Shown here: one piece after another, positions 15,740 through 29,620 of the stretch
How the letters are laid out: each line of letters starts with the position of its first letter
Position numbering within the stretch: position 1 is the stretch's first letter
Assembly (NCBI RefSeq): GCF_009914755.1
Contig: NC_060925.1
DNA length: 64,000 nt
Origin: the human T2T-CHM13v2.0 reference genome, Homo sapiens
Reading direction: 5' to 3' (one strand)
Translations under genes and position numbers: made by a program
The notes under the pieces: generated by a model
Told to the model about the DNA's origin: nothing
The model's input: the letters and a program-made list of their open reading frames with translations, nothing else
The model's database searches: none

Positions 15740-16057
15740 TTTTATTTTCTTTAACTTTATTTATTTATTTATTTGAGATAGAGTCTTGCTCTGTGGCCCA
15801 GGCTGGAGTATAGCGGCACAATCATAGCTCACTGCAGCCTTGAACTTCTGGGCTTAAGCAATCCTCTTGCCCCAGCCTCCCAACTAGCTAGGACTACAGG
15901 TTCATGCCACTGCACCCAGCTAATTTTTAAAATATTTTATGGAGATGAAGTTTCACTATGTTACCCAGGCTGATCTCAAACTCCTGGCCTCAAACAATCC
16001 TCCTGCTTCAGCCTCCCAAACTGCTGGAATTACAGGCATCAGCTAGTGTACTCAGCC
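15740..16057 (-). mobile_element. AluJ
   Basis: Full dimer with J-type gcaatcctc/ggcctcaaacaatcctcc and TTTA tail. Confidence 0.9.
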
Positions 16058-16346
16058 CTTAGCTTTCTTTCTGACATAATTTTAGATTTAAAGAAAATTT
16101 AAAAATAATAATAGAAAGAATTCCAGTATATCTTCTCACAGAGTTTTTCAGTGTTAACACATTACTACATTTGTTTTATCACTCACAAACATACACATAT
16201 TTTTATTGAAACATTTGAAATTAAGTTACAGACAAGATGACCATTGATTATTCAATGTGTACTTTCTAAAACAAGAACATTCTGTTACATAACCACAGTA
16301 TAATTACAAAATCAGGAAATTAACACTGATCTACTTCTACCATTTA

Positions 16347-17053
<707 letters not shown>

Positions 17054-17289
17054 TTAGTATACCTCTCATCGTGGGGTCATCTGGTGGTTTCTTATGATTA
17101 GTTTCAGGTTATGCACTCTTGACAGAAATAACCAAGAAGTTATGTTGTGTTTTAAACATGCATGAGGTCAGGAGGGAAATGATATTATTTGTCCTATTCG
17201 TGTAGATATTAACTTTGATCATTGGTTAAGATGATGCCTGTAGGCCTCTCCAGTGTAAACATGTCATTTTTTTCATTTGTAATAAATAT

Positions 17290-17592
17290 TTTTTTCATTT
17301 TATTTTATTTTATTGTTGAGACAGGATCACTCTCTGTAACCCAGGCTGGAGTGCAGTGGTGCAATCTCAGCTCACTGTGGCCTCAACTTGGGGCTCAAGC
17401 GATCCCTTCTACCTCAGCCTCCTGAGTAGCTGAGAATACATACACGCACTACCACACCTGGCTAATTTTTTTTTTAGAGATGGGGTCTCACTATGTTGTC
17501 CAGGCTGCCATTGAACTCTTAAGCTCAAGTAATCCTTCCACCTCGGCCTCCCAAAGTGCTAGAATTACAGGTGTGCACCACCATGCCCAGCC
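17290..17592 (-). mobile_element. AluJ
   Basis: gagacaggatcactct...ggctcaagcgatcc...atgcccagcc. Confidence 0.9.
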
Positions 17593-17864
17593 TAAGTAAG
17601 TATTTTTATGGAGCAAAACTTTTGGGGCTAGATAAATATCTTAGTCCCATTAATGTTTCACCCACTAGCTTTATTATCTATTTATAATTCTTCCTTTAAG
17701 CAATTAATACTGTGATGTTTGCAAATGATTTCTCTAATTTTATCATTCCTGCCTCATTTATTAGGTGGCCTTTTACTCCAAGGAAGAGCTTTTACTTCTT
17801 CCACATTTATGTATTTGTTTATTTGTTTATATCATTCTGTATATCTGTATGGAGTTCATGTTAC

Positions 17865-18030
17865 AAGTTTCCTAACCCTCAGGAACCTCAGTTCCTCCTC
17901 TGTAAAATGGCAATGAAAATATTTACCATCTAGGTTTGCTGTGTAGATTAAATAAGCTAATATAGGTAAGGTCCTCCAAATCATGAGAATCACATAAATT
18001 GGAGCTACTTATATTAGTAATAATAATAAT
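17865..18030 (+). mobile_element. MIR fragment
   Basis: cctcagttcctcctctgtaaaatgg. Confidence 0.65.
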
Positions 18031-18887
18031 AATACTTGTCTGACTTTTAATATAGTGAGAACAGTTCAGGGTCATCTTCTGTCAGTACTTTATGAACTTG
18101 AACGACCCATTTAACCTCTCTTGCTCTCATTCTTCTCACCTATAAAACAAAAGAGTTGGGTTACATGATCTCTAAATTCAACTACAATTTTAATGTAAGA
18201 AACTAAGATTCTGTACCTATAAAATATGTGTGCATAAATTCATTTTTTCCAACACCCTGTGAAGTATTCTGTATTAGCTTTGCAGTATGAATATCTTTCA
18301 TAACTCTTAGTGTTCTTCTAAAATTTCAAAAGACATATAATAATTTATCTCTGAATAAACAGTTTGAGTGTTCCATTTAATACTTTATATTTTAATAATG
18401 TTAGTTGGTCACAGCTATTTTCCAACTAAGCAGATGACTTTGACAAAATGTGAAATAGCTAAAGACAGATGGTTTCCAGCTCCAACTGTTTGGGTTTATT
18501 TTCCAATGCCAGCAAGGTCAGTGATCCTTCAACTGAGTGTGGCCTTAGACCACATGATGGCTATGATTTGCATATTACAGAAAGAATAGTTCAAACACTT
18601 TAAATTTCATTCTAAAACATATGAGTCACATCATAAAATGTGACCAGTATAGCTTGGAAGTTTATTATAGGTAACCTTGAACATGTCTTTGCACATTGTT
18701 GAAATGAAGAGTATATTAATAGCCAGCAAATGGATTAATCTCAGTATTAAACACTTCCCAAAGGAGAGGGTGCTGAGGTAACAGAAAGAACCCTTGAATT
18801 CCTAGGCTTAAATCTTAGTTCTTACTAGTCCTATAAACTGAGGCAAATAAGTTTCTGTGTCTTTTTACATCAAACTGAAATAACATG

Positions 18888-19313
18888 TGGTATGGTTTGG
18901 ATTTGTGTCTCTGCCCAAATCTCATGTCAAATTGTAATTCCCAGTGGTGGAGGTGACGCCTGGTTCGAGGTGACTGGATCATGGAGGTGTTTCTCATGAA
19001 TGGTTTGACACCATCCCCTTGGTGATGGTCTCATGATAGCAAGTGGATTATCATGAAATCTGGTTGTTTAGAAGTGTGTAGCACCTCACCCCTCACTCTC
19101 TCTCTTGTTCCTGCTCCTGCCATGTAAGACATGCCTGCTCCCGCTTCACTTTCTGCCATGATTCTTAGTTTCCTGAGGCCTCCCCAGAAGCTGAGCAGAT
19201 GCCAGAATCATCCTGTACATCCTACAGAACTGTGAGTCAATTAAACTTCTTTTCTTTATGAATTATTCAGTCTCAAGTATTTCTTTATAGAAATCCGAGA
19301 ATGGACTAATACA
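18888..19313 (+). mobile_element. MSTA-like solo LTR inserted in a MIR
   Basis: tggtatggtttggatttgtgtc...atggactaataca; perfect 5-bp TSD acatg (18883-18887, 19314-19318). Confidence 0.9.
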
Positions 19314-19716
19314 ACATGATGGATCTCATAGGGATGTTGTGAGAAGAAAGTAAGTCCATTTTAATGAGATCACCTAGCATATAAAAGTTGCCTGTATAGT
19401 GTCCAATAAATATGGGGAGAATAAAACCAGGATAAACGAGGTCCAGAATGTATAGTATAGCAATCTTTTCTTTAGGATTTTTTTTCTAAACTGAACTTGG
19501 AATTAAATTTGGAAAGTTAAGAAGTACTATGTTCCAGGTTGAGCATCTGAAGACTCAAGAGAGTAACTGCCTTATGACATACCTAGTCCAAGTCCAGCAG
19601 CAAGGCTGGGTGTGTCATAATCACCTCAGTGGTACTCAGAGTCATAAATCTTGGGCCTCATGTTGAAAATTATGCATGAGTAAATCTATAGAAAAGTCCA
19701 AGTATCTGTATTTTTA

Positions 19717-20084
<368 letters not shown>

Positions 20085-21013
20085 AAGAACAATGAAAAAC
20101 ATATCAAGTAAGCCACTAGATCATCAAGTGGTACCAAGATTGGGAGCGCCTTATCAGCTACCAGGAGCACACCACTGGTGCTGACTAATGGTCTTTAATA
20201 CTTAAAATTATTTCGATGAGTTGCTTCACATGTCAGGTGCAGGCTCTAGTCTCAAACTCCCTGGGTTTTACCAAGACTTTACCATTTTCCAGCTATGTCA
20301 TCTTTGATAGCTAGTTAATATAACATCTTTGTGTCTGTTTCCTCATCTCTAGAATGAAGATTGTTGTAAGGTTTAAATGAGATAATTTGTGTGCAGCACC
20401 TAATAAAATGCTGGCACAGACTGACAAACAAATGGATGCTAATTGTTTAATTATCCTGAAGTTCAAATGAAGACATTTTGAACAACTATGCCTTTATATA
20501 TGCCATTTCCCATGTTTGGAAGCCTTTCCCACACTTTTCCGCTTAGTAGGCTCTTCCCTAGCATTCAAGATTTAAGATTCTATGTGGGAATGTCCTTCTC
20601 TGCTCTCTGTATGTCCAGCTCTGCCCAGTGAAATCCTCCCACGAAGCAAATCTTCTTGCTATGGGAAAAAAAATTCTGATCAATTGCCTGCCAAGTCCTA
20701 ATTAATCTCCACCTTTCCTGCCCTCCATCACACAGTGTATGCATGCTATCTGAATTGACCTTAGATATGTAAGTCTTCCTTGTGGTAATGTCTACTTTCT
20801 TTGGGTGAGCTGTTGGTTTCTCACATCTTTAATTGTACATGTTGACGATGCCAAGACCTGTTTCTCAAACTCATACTATTCCCCTAAGCATAAGACCCAT
20901 ATAGCTATCAATCTTCTGAAAATACCCTTCTTTATGTCTTGTAAACACTCCAAATTCAACATTAATAAAATCAATTTACCTTTCAACTACATTTTTTCCT
21001 ATATTCTCCTTTG

Positions 21014-21580
21014 TGCCACTTTGGAAAATAGTTTGGCAGTTCCCCAAAATGTTAAACATATAGTAACCATATGATCCAGCAATTACACTTCTAGATATAC
21101 ACCTAGAAGAAATGAAAGCATATGTCCACACAAATTCATAACATTATTATTTGGAATAGCCAAAAGGTGGAAACAAACCAAATGTTCACCGACTAATGAG
21201 TAGATAAACAAAATGTGGTATATTCATACACTAAGATAATATTCAGCCATGAAAAGGAATGACATACTGATACACGGTATAATGTGCATGAACCTTGAAA
21301 AAATCATGCTAAGTAAAAGAAGCTAGACACAAGTTATATTATTCCACTTATACTAAATTTCCAGAATATACTAATCCGTAGAGACAGAAATAGATTATTG
21401 GTTGCCAAGGGATAAAGGAAGGAGGGTATGGGAAATGACTTCTAATAAGTATGAGATTTATTTTGAGGATAATGAAAATAGTCTAAATAGATTCACAGCT
21501 CTGTGACTAAATTAACAACCACTGAATTTTACAGTGAGTTTTTTGGCATTTAAGTTATATCTCAATTTTTTTAAAAAAAT
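21014..21580 (+). mobile_element. L1MB-like 3' end
   Basis: gccactttggaaaatagtttggcagttcc...tgatccagcaatt...aagttatatctcaat. Confidence 0.85.
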
Positions 21581-22292
21581 GATTTCCTATGATTTCCATG
21601 TATGACATCATTACTCCATCACTATTGCATTCATTAACAGTTAAAATTTTGGCAACATTTTGGCTTCCTGTCTTCCTAACATGTAAGAACATTGTCAAAT
21701 ACTTATAGTTCTCTCTTCAAGTTGTCCCCCTGATCCATTACCTCCAAAAAAGGGATCATCTTAAATATAAGTATAGGGGAAGAAATTAATATTCCTCTGT
21801 ACTTATATAAAGCTCTATCCTTCATTTATCAGTATCAAGACATCCCTATAATAATGAGAGAACAAAATAATTGATTTGCCCAAAGGTATATAACCAAGCT
21901 GGTTTGATACCCAAGACCTTTGGTTCTAAGTCCCACATTTATTTCACTGCATTACATTGTGCAATGTTACATGAACACATGTGCAATCACTAAAAGTATC
22001 AGCAACAGGGAGGACAATCCACTGCATCTAATCCTAAAGGAAGGAAGACAAAGATCAGAGAAATATGGGTAACCTCCCATTCAGAGCTGTTAAGAGGAGA
22101 GAGAATGAACATTACTTGAAGGTCCTCTGACTTCCCCCAGCTGGAGAAGTAGGAATTGTTCAAACACCAGTCAGTTGATAAGGAAAGAGCATCCCAGCTT
22201 TGCTAATCACTACCTAATAATCACATTTTCTGAATTTCAATGTTTGTTACACAAAGCTATTTTTATATAAATTAATCATCAAAATTCTAGAT

Positions 22293-22520
22293 CAAAGCTG
22301 CTCAATCTGGAGCTATTTTGCCCCCCAGGGGACATTCATTAATGTCTGGAGATATTTTTGTCACAATTGGGTAGGGGTTTTTTGAGGGGAGAAGTGCCAC
22401 TGGCAGATAGTCAGCAGAAGCCAAAGATACTGCTAAAAATCCTACAATGCGCACAACAGCTCCCCAAACAAAGAATTGCCTAATCCAAAACGTCAGTCGT
22501 GCTGAGGTTCAGAATCACTG
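22293..22520. mobile_element. MER20 (hAT-Charlie) DNA transposon
   Basis: attttgccccccaggggacatt...aatgtctggagatattttt...gctgaggtt. Confidence 0.8.
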
Positions 22521-24744
22521 TTCTAAATGCATTTTTCAGTTACTAATAATTGCAAGATGTATTCCCAACTGGCAGACCTCTGTTGTTTGATTGTAGAGGA
22601 CTTCCACAAAAATAATCTGTGACCCCAAGAGCCTCAGGCTTTACTCAAAATAAAGAGTTCTTGTGGATTTAATTCAGTTGAATTTAAACTCTAATGTTTA
22701 CCTATTGTGCTGGAAACACAAGGCTATGAACTATTGGGGATATATGCAAATAGTTATAACATGCTCCATACCCTTTGGAAACTTATAATTTATTAAATGT
22801 GGCAAGTTCCTAGAGAATGGGGACTATGTTTTCTTAGTACCTACATGATAGGTGTTTTACAAATATTTATTAAATGAGTAAGAAAAGCCTCTCAGTAATT
22901 TTTCAAAATCTTCCCCACTTTCATAGATGTCAATGCCCAACTGCACCATCTCATTTTTGTCAGACTGCTTTGCCTTTTACTTGGTAAAGAAAAATGGAGG
23001 TTACAGCATGGACCAACTGTAGCCTCTTCATCCCCTCATTTACTTCTGGACCCATATTTTCCTCCTTTCAAGTTTAAGAAAATTAGGTGCCTCTCATCCT
23101 ACACAAGGCCAACTCTTTCACTGTTTTCATATCCCTCTCTCCTAACTCTATTATCTTCCAGATCTGACCCAGTCAGTAATCAATAATACCTACTTTGTGT
23201 AAAGTACATGATTCAGCAATCAAAATATAGTACATGTTCAATGATTATAGCTTTTATATTCCCTCTCCAGTCCAAATTTCTCCAGTCTGGAAATAAAATC
23301 TCCTTTTAATCTTGTATCCACCTGTATTGTTTTTCTTCTCTTTAAAGCTTACTTTCTTTGTGTCCCTACTTTCTTATTTCTCATTCATTTTACATTCTGA
23401 AATCTTATTCTGCCTCTCCCACTCACTGAAACTACTTGTGAAGAGGCCATTCATTGATGATCTTCATGATGCAAAATTCTTAGCTGATTCTTTGACTCCT
23501 GAAGCATGTGCCCTTTCCTACAAAAATGACTGTATATACCCACACAAACAAACTTTTCATAATATTTTCAAAGAATTCACTGAGACAACTATTGATCTAG
23601 TTTAAAAGCACTGTAGTTTACAGAATTTAGTCCTCACTGGAAAACTCTGTTGCATTTAACACTGTTTTATCTCCAATGGATGCCTGAGACAAAAGATGAG
23701 GAAACATTCTACAATTACTTCTTGAGCAACTATTCCATGCCAGATGTTGTACAGCATACTAAAAGAATAGAGGTAATAGAACAAGGTCCCCCTCTCAAAG
23801 GAACTCACAATATGTATTTTTGTGAAGAAGGAGTGAGTAGCTCTGAAATTTCAAACCTGAATGCTTGGGAAAGTGGTGATGCTATTCATTGAAAAAGAGA
23901 ACCAAGGGAAAGGAGTGATTTAATAATTCAGGTGCTGAGTTTAGCCTTGGACATATTATGATTGAGGAGTAAATAAGATATCCAGATGGAGAAATTCAAT
24001 ATTATTCAGAAATTGGTGCGAGAAAGGGTGTTGGGAGAGAAAGGGTGGTGGTTAGTGCTGTCTGGTGCTCATAAGGAAGATTTGACCAGATAAGGTGAAC
24101 CTAAGTCAAGGCTGAAACTAGATAAGATTCCAAAGTTCTCATTCTTTAGATAGCCTCCCAGAAAGAAATAAAAATTTGCGGTATTTTGGCAAGAAATTCA
24201 AAATATAAGCAGATTGTGAACAAAGCCATGGTCACTGGTGTTAGATGGATGTGATGTATCTAAACCTAAATGCATAAGATGCAATGTCTGAGACCTTGAA
24301 TAAATATATAACCCCATTTAAGTGCTAATATCCTCACCTAGCATATCATATTGAGAATAAGTAGTCAAATAACACATATAGAAGACTTACTATAATATAC
24401 AGTACATAGTAAGGAGTAATTAAATTATAATAATATCATTATTTTTAACTATTAGGATTTGATTTAATTAAATGTCCATTTATAATTTCTTGAAGACCTG
24501 GAAGCCAAATATGCAAAATTCTCCAAATATCAATATTTTTCTGATTGTTAGACACCATGTTCAGAAAAAAGAGCCAAAAAATCATATTTAATAAAGTATA
24601 ATTTCCTGGCATCAATTCCTTGAATGTTCTGTACTTTCATCTATATATAGGATGATGATATTTCATGTCCATATTTATGAGCCTAATGCTCTAAGAGTTT
24701 CTCAGTTATTTTAAAAGCTGGTTGAAATTAATAAAGTGAGCCAT

Positions 24745-25100
24745 TTATTCATTCAACAAACACTCATTGAATGCATTCTATATGACAAGCATTGTGACAG
24801 GTGTTGGGAATACAGGACAGAGAAGACTATGATGTCACAGAGCTCACAACCTAGTAAGGTTATAAATACCATCATTTTACTAATGTGTAATTAGCTTTGA
24901 TAAGCATCATGGATAAAAAATATAGAGAGTTATGAAATCATGCAGTAAAGAATCTAATCCTTTTGGAGATTCAAAGAAAGTTTCCCTGGAGAAGTGATAT
25001 TTGAGCTACAATCTGAAGATTCAGTTGGGTAAAAGGCACAAGGGAAAGAGTTTTCCAGGCAGGAGAACATAATACGTTAGGACACTACATAGGGAGGGTG
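24745..25100 (-). mobile_element. L2 3' end
   Basis: attcattcaacaaacactcattgaatgc...ggagaagtgatatttgagct. Confidence 0.7.
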
Positions 25101-25156
25101 CAGGATAACTTTGATAAAGAGAAAAAAGAGAAAATATGGCTCTACAACTTAGTAAA

Positions 25157-25542
25157 TGTGCTGACACATGTGCCACTCAGATTCCTGTTCAAAAAGACTT
25201 TCTCCGAGAAGCATGGCTGACTGGCAGCATCCAGACAAAGCACTCTGGATCCAGCAAAGTGTTCATAGTGAGGCCAATCTTTTGCCAAGTTGCTCCCAGC
25301 CAATGACTGAGTGCAGCATGGATACTAGAGCCAGGTCATTACCACTTGACATGAGACATGCCTCTAACAGGCAATCTTTGTTTAGGGACTTCCCATCAGC
25401 CTAGCCAACATTTTCTCATAATTGTACTGTGGTGTGAGGCTTTTCCCATTTATCCTCCTTCCTTTCCTTTCTCTTCCTACAGCTTTCAAATCCATGTAGT
25501 GATCTGAAGGCCCCTGTTCACTTTCCCTTTATCATGCACACA
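25157..25542 (+). mobile_element. LTR16-family 5' LTR (its 3' tip displaced by inversion)
   Basis: ctcccagccaatgactgag motif; stops at ccctttatcatgcacaca, before the poly(A) signal. Confidence 0.65.
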
Positions 25543-26400
25543 CTTTAGATCAAATCCACATGTATAATTCTAACTTTACAGTAGGCTACCTCTGGCCTAA
25601 TTTAACTTTAAAAATTGGTGGCTCTGACATAATTAAGCCCATAATGGGTAGTTCCAGAGGCATGTTCTTTTGGTGCCTCAGAGACAAGCCTTATGTCTCT
25701 GCTAGGGCCCAGTAACACACAAGGAACTCTTTTTCAAAAGACATATCATTCTCCATTGCAGATGGCATAGCCTTGCTCCAGAACCACACAGGGCTCTGCT
25801 GTGATTCTGTCAATGGGGCTTACCATAATAAATTCCATACAACATCTTTTTCCACCACTGATACTCCCAGTAACATAGGGTCTGCAAAAGCAGCAGGGTT
25901 GCTTGCACTACAGCTGAATCTGCTACCATTTTCCAAGGCCATCAATAATTCATTAGTGAGAGGGGTACCAACATCACTCCTCTGTAGGCCGGGGCTGACC
26001 GGTAGAAAAGAAATCTCAAAGCTGGGCTCCTTAGTAACCCGGGGCATGATGGAGTCCCTATGACTTGTGGTGACAATATTGAAACACCAGAAACCAGACC
26101 TACTGTGACCTGGGGATTCCCTTTGACTAGGGTTTGTTCCTAGGTCCATAATGGTGAAATCATCAAACTTACGGCATTTAATTCTCTATTGAAGATGGAT
26201 GTCTTGTGCCAGGAACTATCTGTCCCCCACATTCCACTCAGGATGGCGTCCTCATTGCCAGCCAGTTAATGAGTGAGCCAGTCCCCAAATCTCTGTTTTC
26301 TCAGACCACTCTGGATGTCACCTGGTTTTCCTTTTAGAGCCTCAGAGAAGCAGACCACAAAATGGGATTCCATGCACAAAAAAATTTACTGGGGAAATGT
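25543..26400 (-). pseudogene. Inverted ERV-L (HERV16-like) internal block: LTR tip, leader and pol tether, with a + strand gag piece at ~25925-26100
   Basis: Minus: DPMLLGVSVVEKDVVWNLLW, then in another frame FWSKAMPSA..CYWALAET; plus: PFSKAINNSLVRGVPTSLLCRPGLT. Confidence 0.75.
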
Positions 26401-27180
26401 GTAGCTACATAACAGTCAAATCCAGGAGTGGACTCAAAAGACACCACAAAGAGAAGATCATCACTAAGCTATGCGCAGTGAACCTCTTCATCCATAATAT
26501 GTGGAAGGAAAAGTAGCCTGGAGTGACAATATTCAGAGTTTCTTGGGCAACAGTTATTAGTTAATTACCTGGCCAGATTGTAGACACCTGGATGTAAAAG
26601 CCTGCAAGATTAGAGACATGGCAATCTGGAATAGGGGCATGTGGATGGACAGAGAGCCATAGGGGAAGTGAGAGAACATGAAGTAACAAAAGTTTTGTTT
26701 TACACATGAACGTACATGAGAAAGCACCTACCATGGGAAAGACACTGAAGAATGAAGTAGACACAATGAGTCAGCAAGTTGACATAAGCCAGCTTCATCA
26801 TTAGCCACCCCAAAACCGGTGTGATGAACACATAAATGGAGAAGCCACAGAGGCAGAAATGTAGAAATCCATGCACAGGCCAAACAGCATGGATGTTCTC
26901 TTACCAAGGCTGGTTAAACTTCTGTTGAGTCTGAATGTCCAACGCATCCAGCCATTTCATAGCAAGTTGGCCATGTTGAGTCTCTTCCATCCTAGATGGC
27001 AAGCTACTCTATGGGTTGGTTTCCCTGCTTACAGAGATTTAGCCAGTACCACAATCTGGGGACACAGGGGATGTCTGATTCACAAGCATGGAGTATCAGA
27101 CAGCATAGCATCTGACAAAGGAGCCACCTCACAGTGAAAGAGATACAGGACTGGACCCATGACTACGAGATTCACCGGTT
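26401..27180 (+). pseudogene. ERV-L pol relic (RNase H and integrase N-terminus)
   Basis: IWNRGMWMD and HRGRNVEIHAQAKQHGCSLTKAG resemble HERV-L IWGRGMWMD and HGGRDGGYAWAQQHGLPLTKAD; many stops. Confidence 0.75.
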
Positions 27181-27182
27181 GG

Positions 27183-28017
27183 TTAGGAACAAAAAGTAAC
27201 TATAACACTTTTAAGTACTTTTTTATATTAATGTCCACAGCATTTCCACCCAACAAAACAAAATTCAGCAAGTTTATGTGGCTTTCTAACAATAATCACC
27301 TTCCAGTTTCCAATAACATGTTCCTCATTTCCATGTGAGTTTTCACCAGAAGCACCTGTAACATTCATATTTTCACAAATAATCTCTTCAAAGCAATAAA
27401 GGCTTCAAAATTCTTCAAACCTCTACTCATTACCCAATTCTGAATTCCAAAGCCACTCCCACATTCTCAGGTACTTGTTACAGCAGCACCTCACTTTCCA
27501 GTACAAAACTCTGTATTGGTTTCCTAGGCAACAAAGTACAAAAATATAGGTGGTTTAAAACAACAGAAATGTATTGTCTCACAGTTCTGGGTGCCAGAAG
27601 TGCAAAAACAAATTGTCAGCAGGACCATGCAATCATTCCTTCTCTCTTCTAGTTTCTATTGCTTGCAGGCAATCCTTGGTATTCCTCAACTTGTAGGTAT
27701 ATTGCTCCAGTGGTACGGCTATCATCTCCCTGTGTGTCTTCACATTGTCTTTCCTGTGTATCTGTCTCTGTGTCCAAGCTTCCAAATTTTATAAGGATAT
27801 CAGTAATACTCGATTTTAAGGACACCAGTCATATTGGATTAGAAGAACATCAGTCATACTGGATTAGGGCCCACTGTAATGACCTCACTTTAACTTTAAC
27901 TCCTCTGTAAAGATTATATCCCCAAATAAGGTTACATTGTTAGTCTAACTGGGAAATAGTATCTCAACGTCTGAATCTAAAGGTACAGCACTGTGGAACT
28001 CAATTCAACCCCTAACA
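27183..28017 (-). mobile_element. MLT1C-like LTR (27512-28017) with adjacent MLT1 internal sequence
   Basis: ttccaaagccactcccacattctcaggtacttgttacagcagcacc (MaLR-int start) abutting tgtattggtttcctagg. Confidence 0.8.
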
Positions 28018-28649
28018 CTATGTGAAAGACATTATTAGTTTTTTGGGCCACAATTAATGTCCAGTCCTATTTGAACATATGGTTTCCCTAGAAGGCCACA
28101 AGTTGAAAATTACTAAACTTCATCCAATGTCCTTCATTTTACAAATGGAGGAAATGAAACAAAAAACGAAACCCAAAACCTTTCATTTGAAATCCAGCCC
28201 AGTTGTGACCCTACTTCACTCCCTTGCTTACTCAACTTAAACAGAAGAGACTCCATTCGAGGTCTGTTCTTCAAGTAATTAGAAAACTCAGGTAATAAAA
28301 TGCAGCATCTCTATGAACTGTAAAAGTCTTTTATTGTATACAAATATTTTTAATCAACTAAATGGAAAAAAATAGTGTTGTAGAATTATATCAGTTACGT
28401 TAGGTAAGCTATTATGTAGTAATATAAGACACTAAAATTGTATTGGCTTGCAACATCAAAGATATATTTCTCACTCACATTACATACCTGTCATGGGTCA
28501 GCTCTGTCTTTAGTCTAGTACTTTTATCTAGTCTTTTTATCTTTAGTCTAGTACTCAGAGTGAGGAGCAACCCCTTTCTGAGGTATGCAGTTTTCCTGGA
28601 AGAAAAGGAAAGGAGGCTCAGATATACAGCATCTACCTAAGACTAGACT

Positions 28650-29620
28650 AGCAAAATAAAAAAAAAAAAAACACCGCCATCAGCCTAACATGCAACAAGT
28701 AGCAAGCAATGGCAATATACCATTGAGGGAGGTGAAAAGGCATACTGAACGAACACATGGCACACAGCGTAGGGAAACCTTAAATGTGAGATTAAAGTAA
28801 GTACACTGAGAAAAACACTTCAGCACCACAACTCTCACCCTAAGCTCAAGGCATGTTAGATGAAAGCTTACAGTGCATTGAAGTAATCATAGCAATGAAA
28901 CCTAAGCCCCATTCAACTCCTAACCAGATTTTCTCAAACCTCCACATTATTTGCCTAAAGGATAAAATGTGCATTCATTTCCAGGAGTAAATAGTATTTA
29001 CTCAAGTTTCTACTGTTCTGGATGAGATAGCTGACATTTAAGATAAAATTACAAAGACACAAAATGCAAGTGAAATTGACCCATTGTCACGAGAAAAAAA
29101 ATTTAACAATACAAAAATAAGAAATAACCAAAATATTGGGCTTTAAAATAATTATGGTTGATATGTTCAAGAATTTAGTGGAAAAGGTAGAAAACATATG
29201 AGCACTAGTGGGAAATTTTAGCAGACAAATAACAATGGGAGAAATATAAAAGGACTTCATCTGAGATGAAGAATTCCATTGTCAGGCTCATCATTAATTT
29301 TACACAGCCAATAAAATAATCAGTGAATTTGAAGATAAGACAATTAGAAATTTAGAAATTACCCGAATGGAAAGGAAAATATTTTTTAAGTGAAAACAAA
29401 TAAATAAAGGAAATGAACAGAAAAATAGAACAGAGTATGTAAAAGCTATGTGACAATATTAAATGGTCTAACATATGTGTAACTGGAGCCCAAAAAGGAG
29501 GAGAGAGAGAGGCAGAAAGAAAAAGCTTTGAAAGAATAGCATCCAAGAATTTTGCAAAATATAACAAAAGACATCAAACCACAAATCTAAGGACCTCAGA
29601 GGACCTTGAGCAGGATAAAT
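28650..29620 (+). mobile_element. Old L1M 5' region / ORF1 relic
   Basis: aatcagtgaatttgaagataag and ctaacatatgtgtaactggag (ORF1 coiled-coil and RRM start). Confidence 0.7.

Noticed and set aside
25773-26149. Overlapping antiparallel ORFs as a domesticated ERV gene
   Set aside because: Short chimeras across an inversion junction, surrounded by stops and frameshifts
27793-27867. Short repeated units here and at 5341-5385 as a CRISPR-like array
   Set aside because: Tandem copies without unique spacers, no cas genes, mammalian DNA
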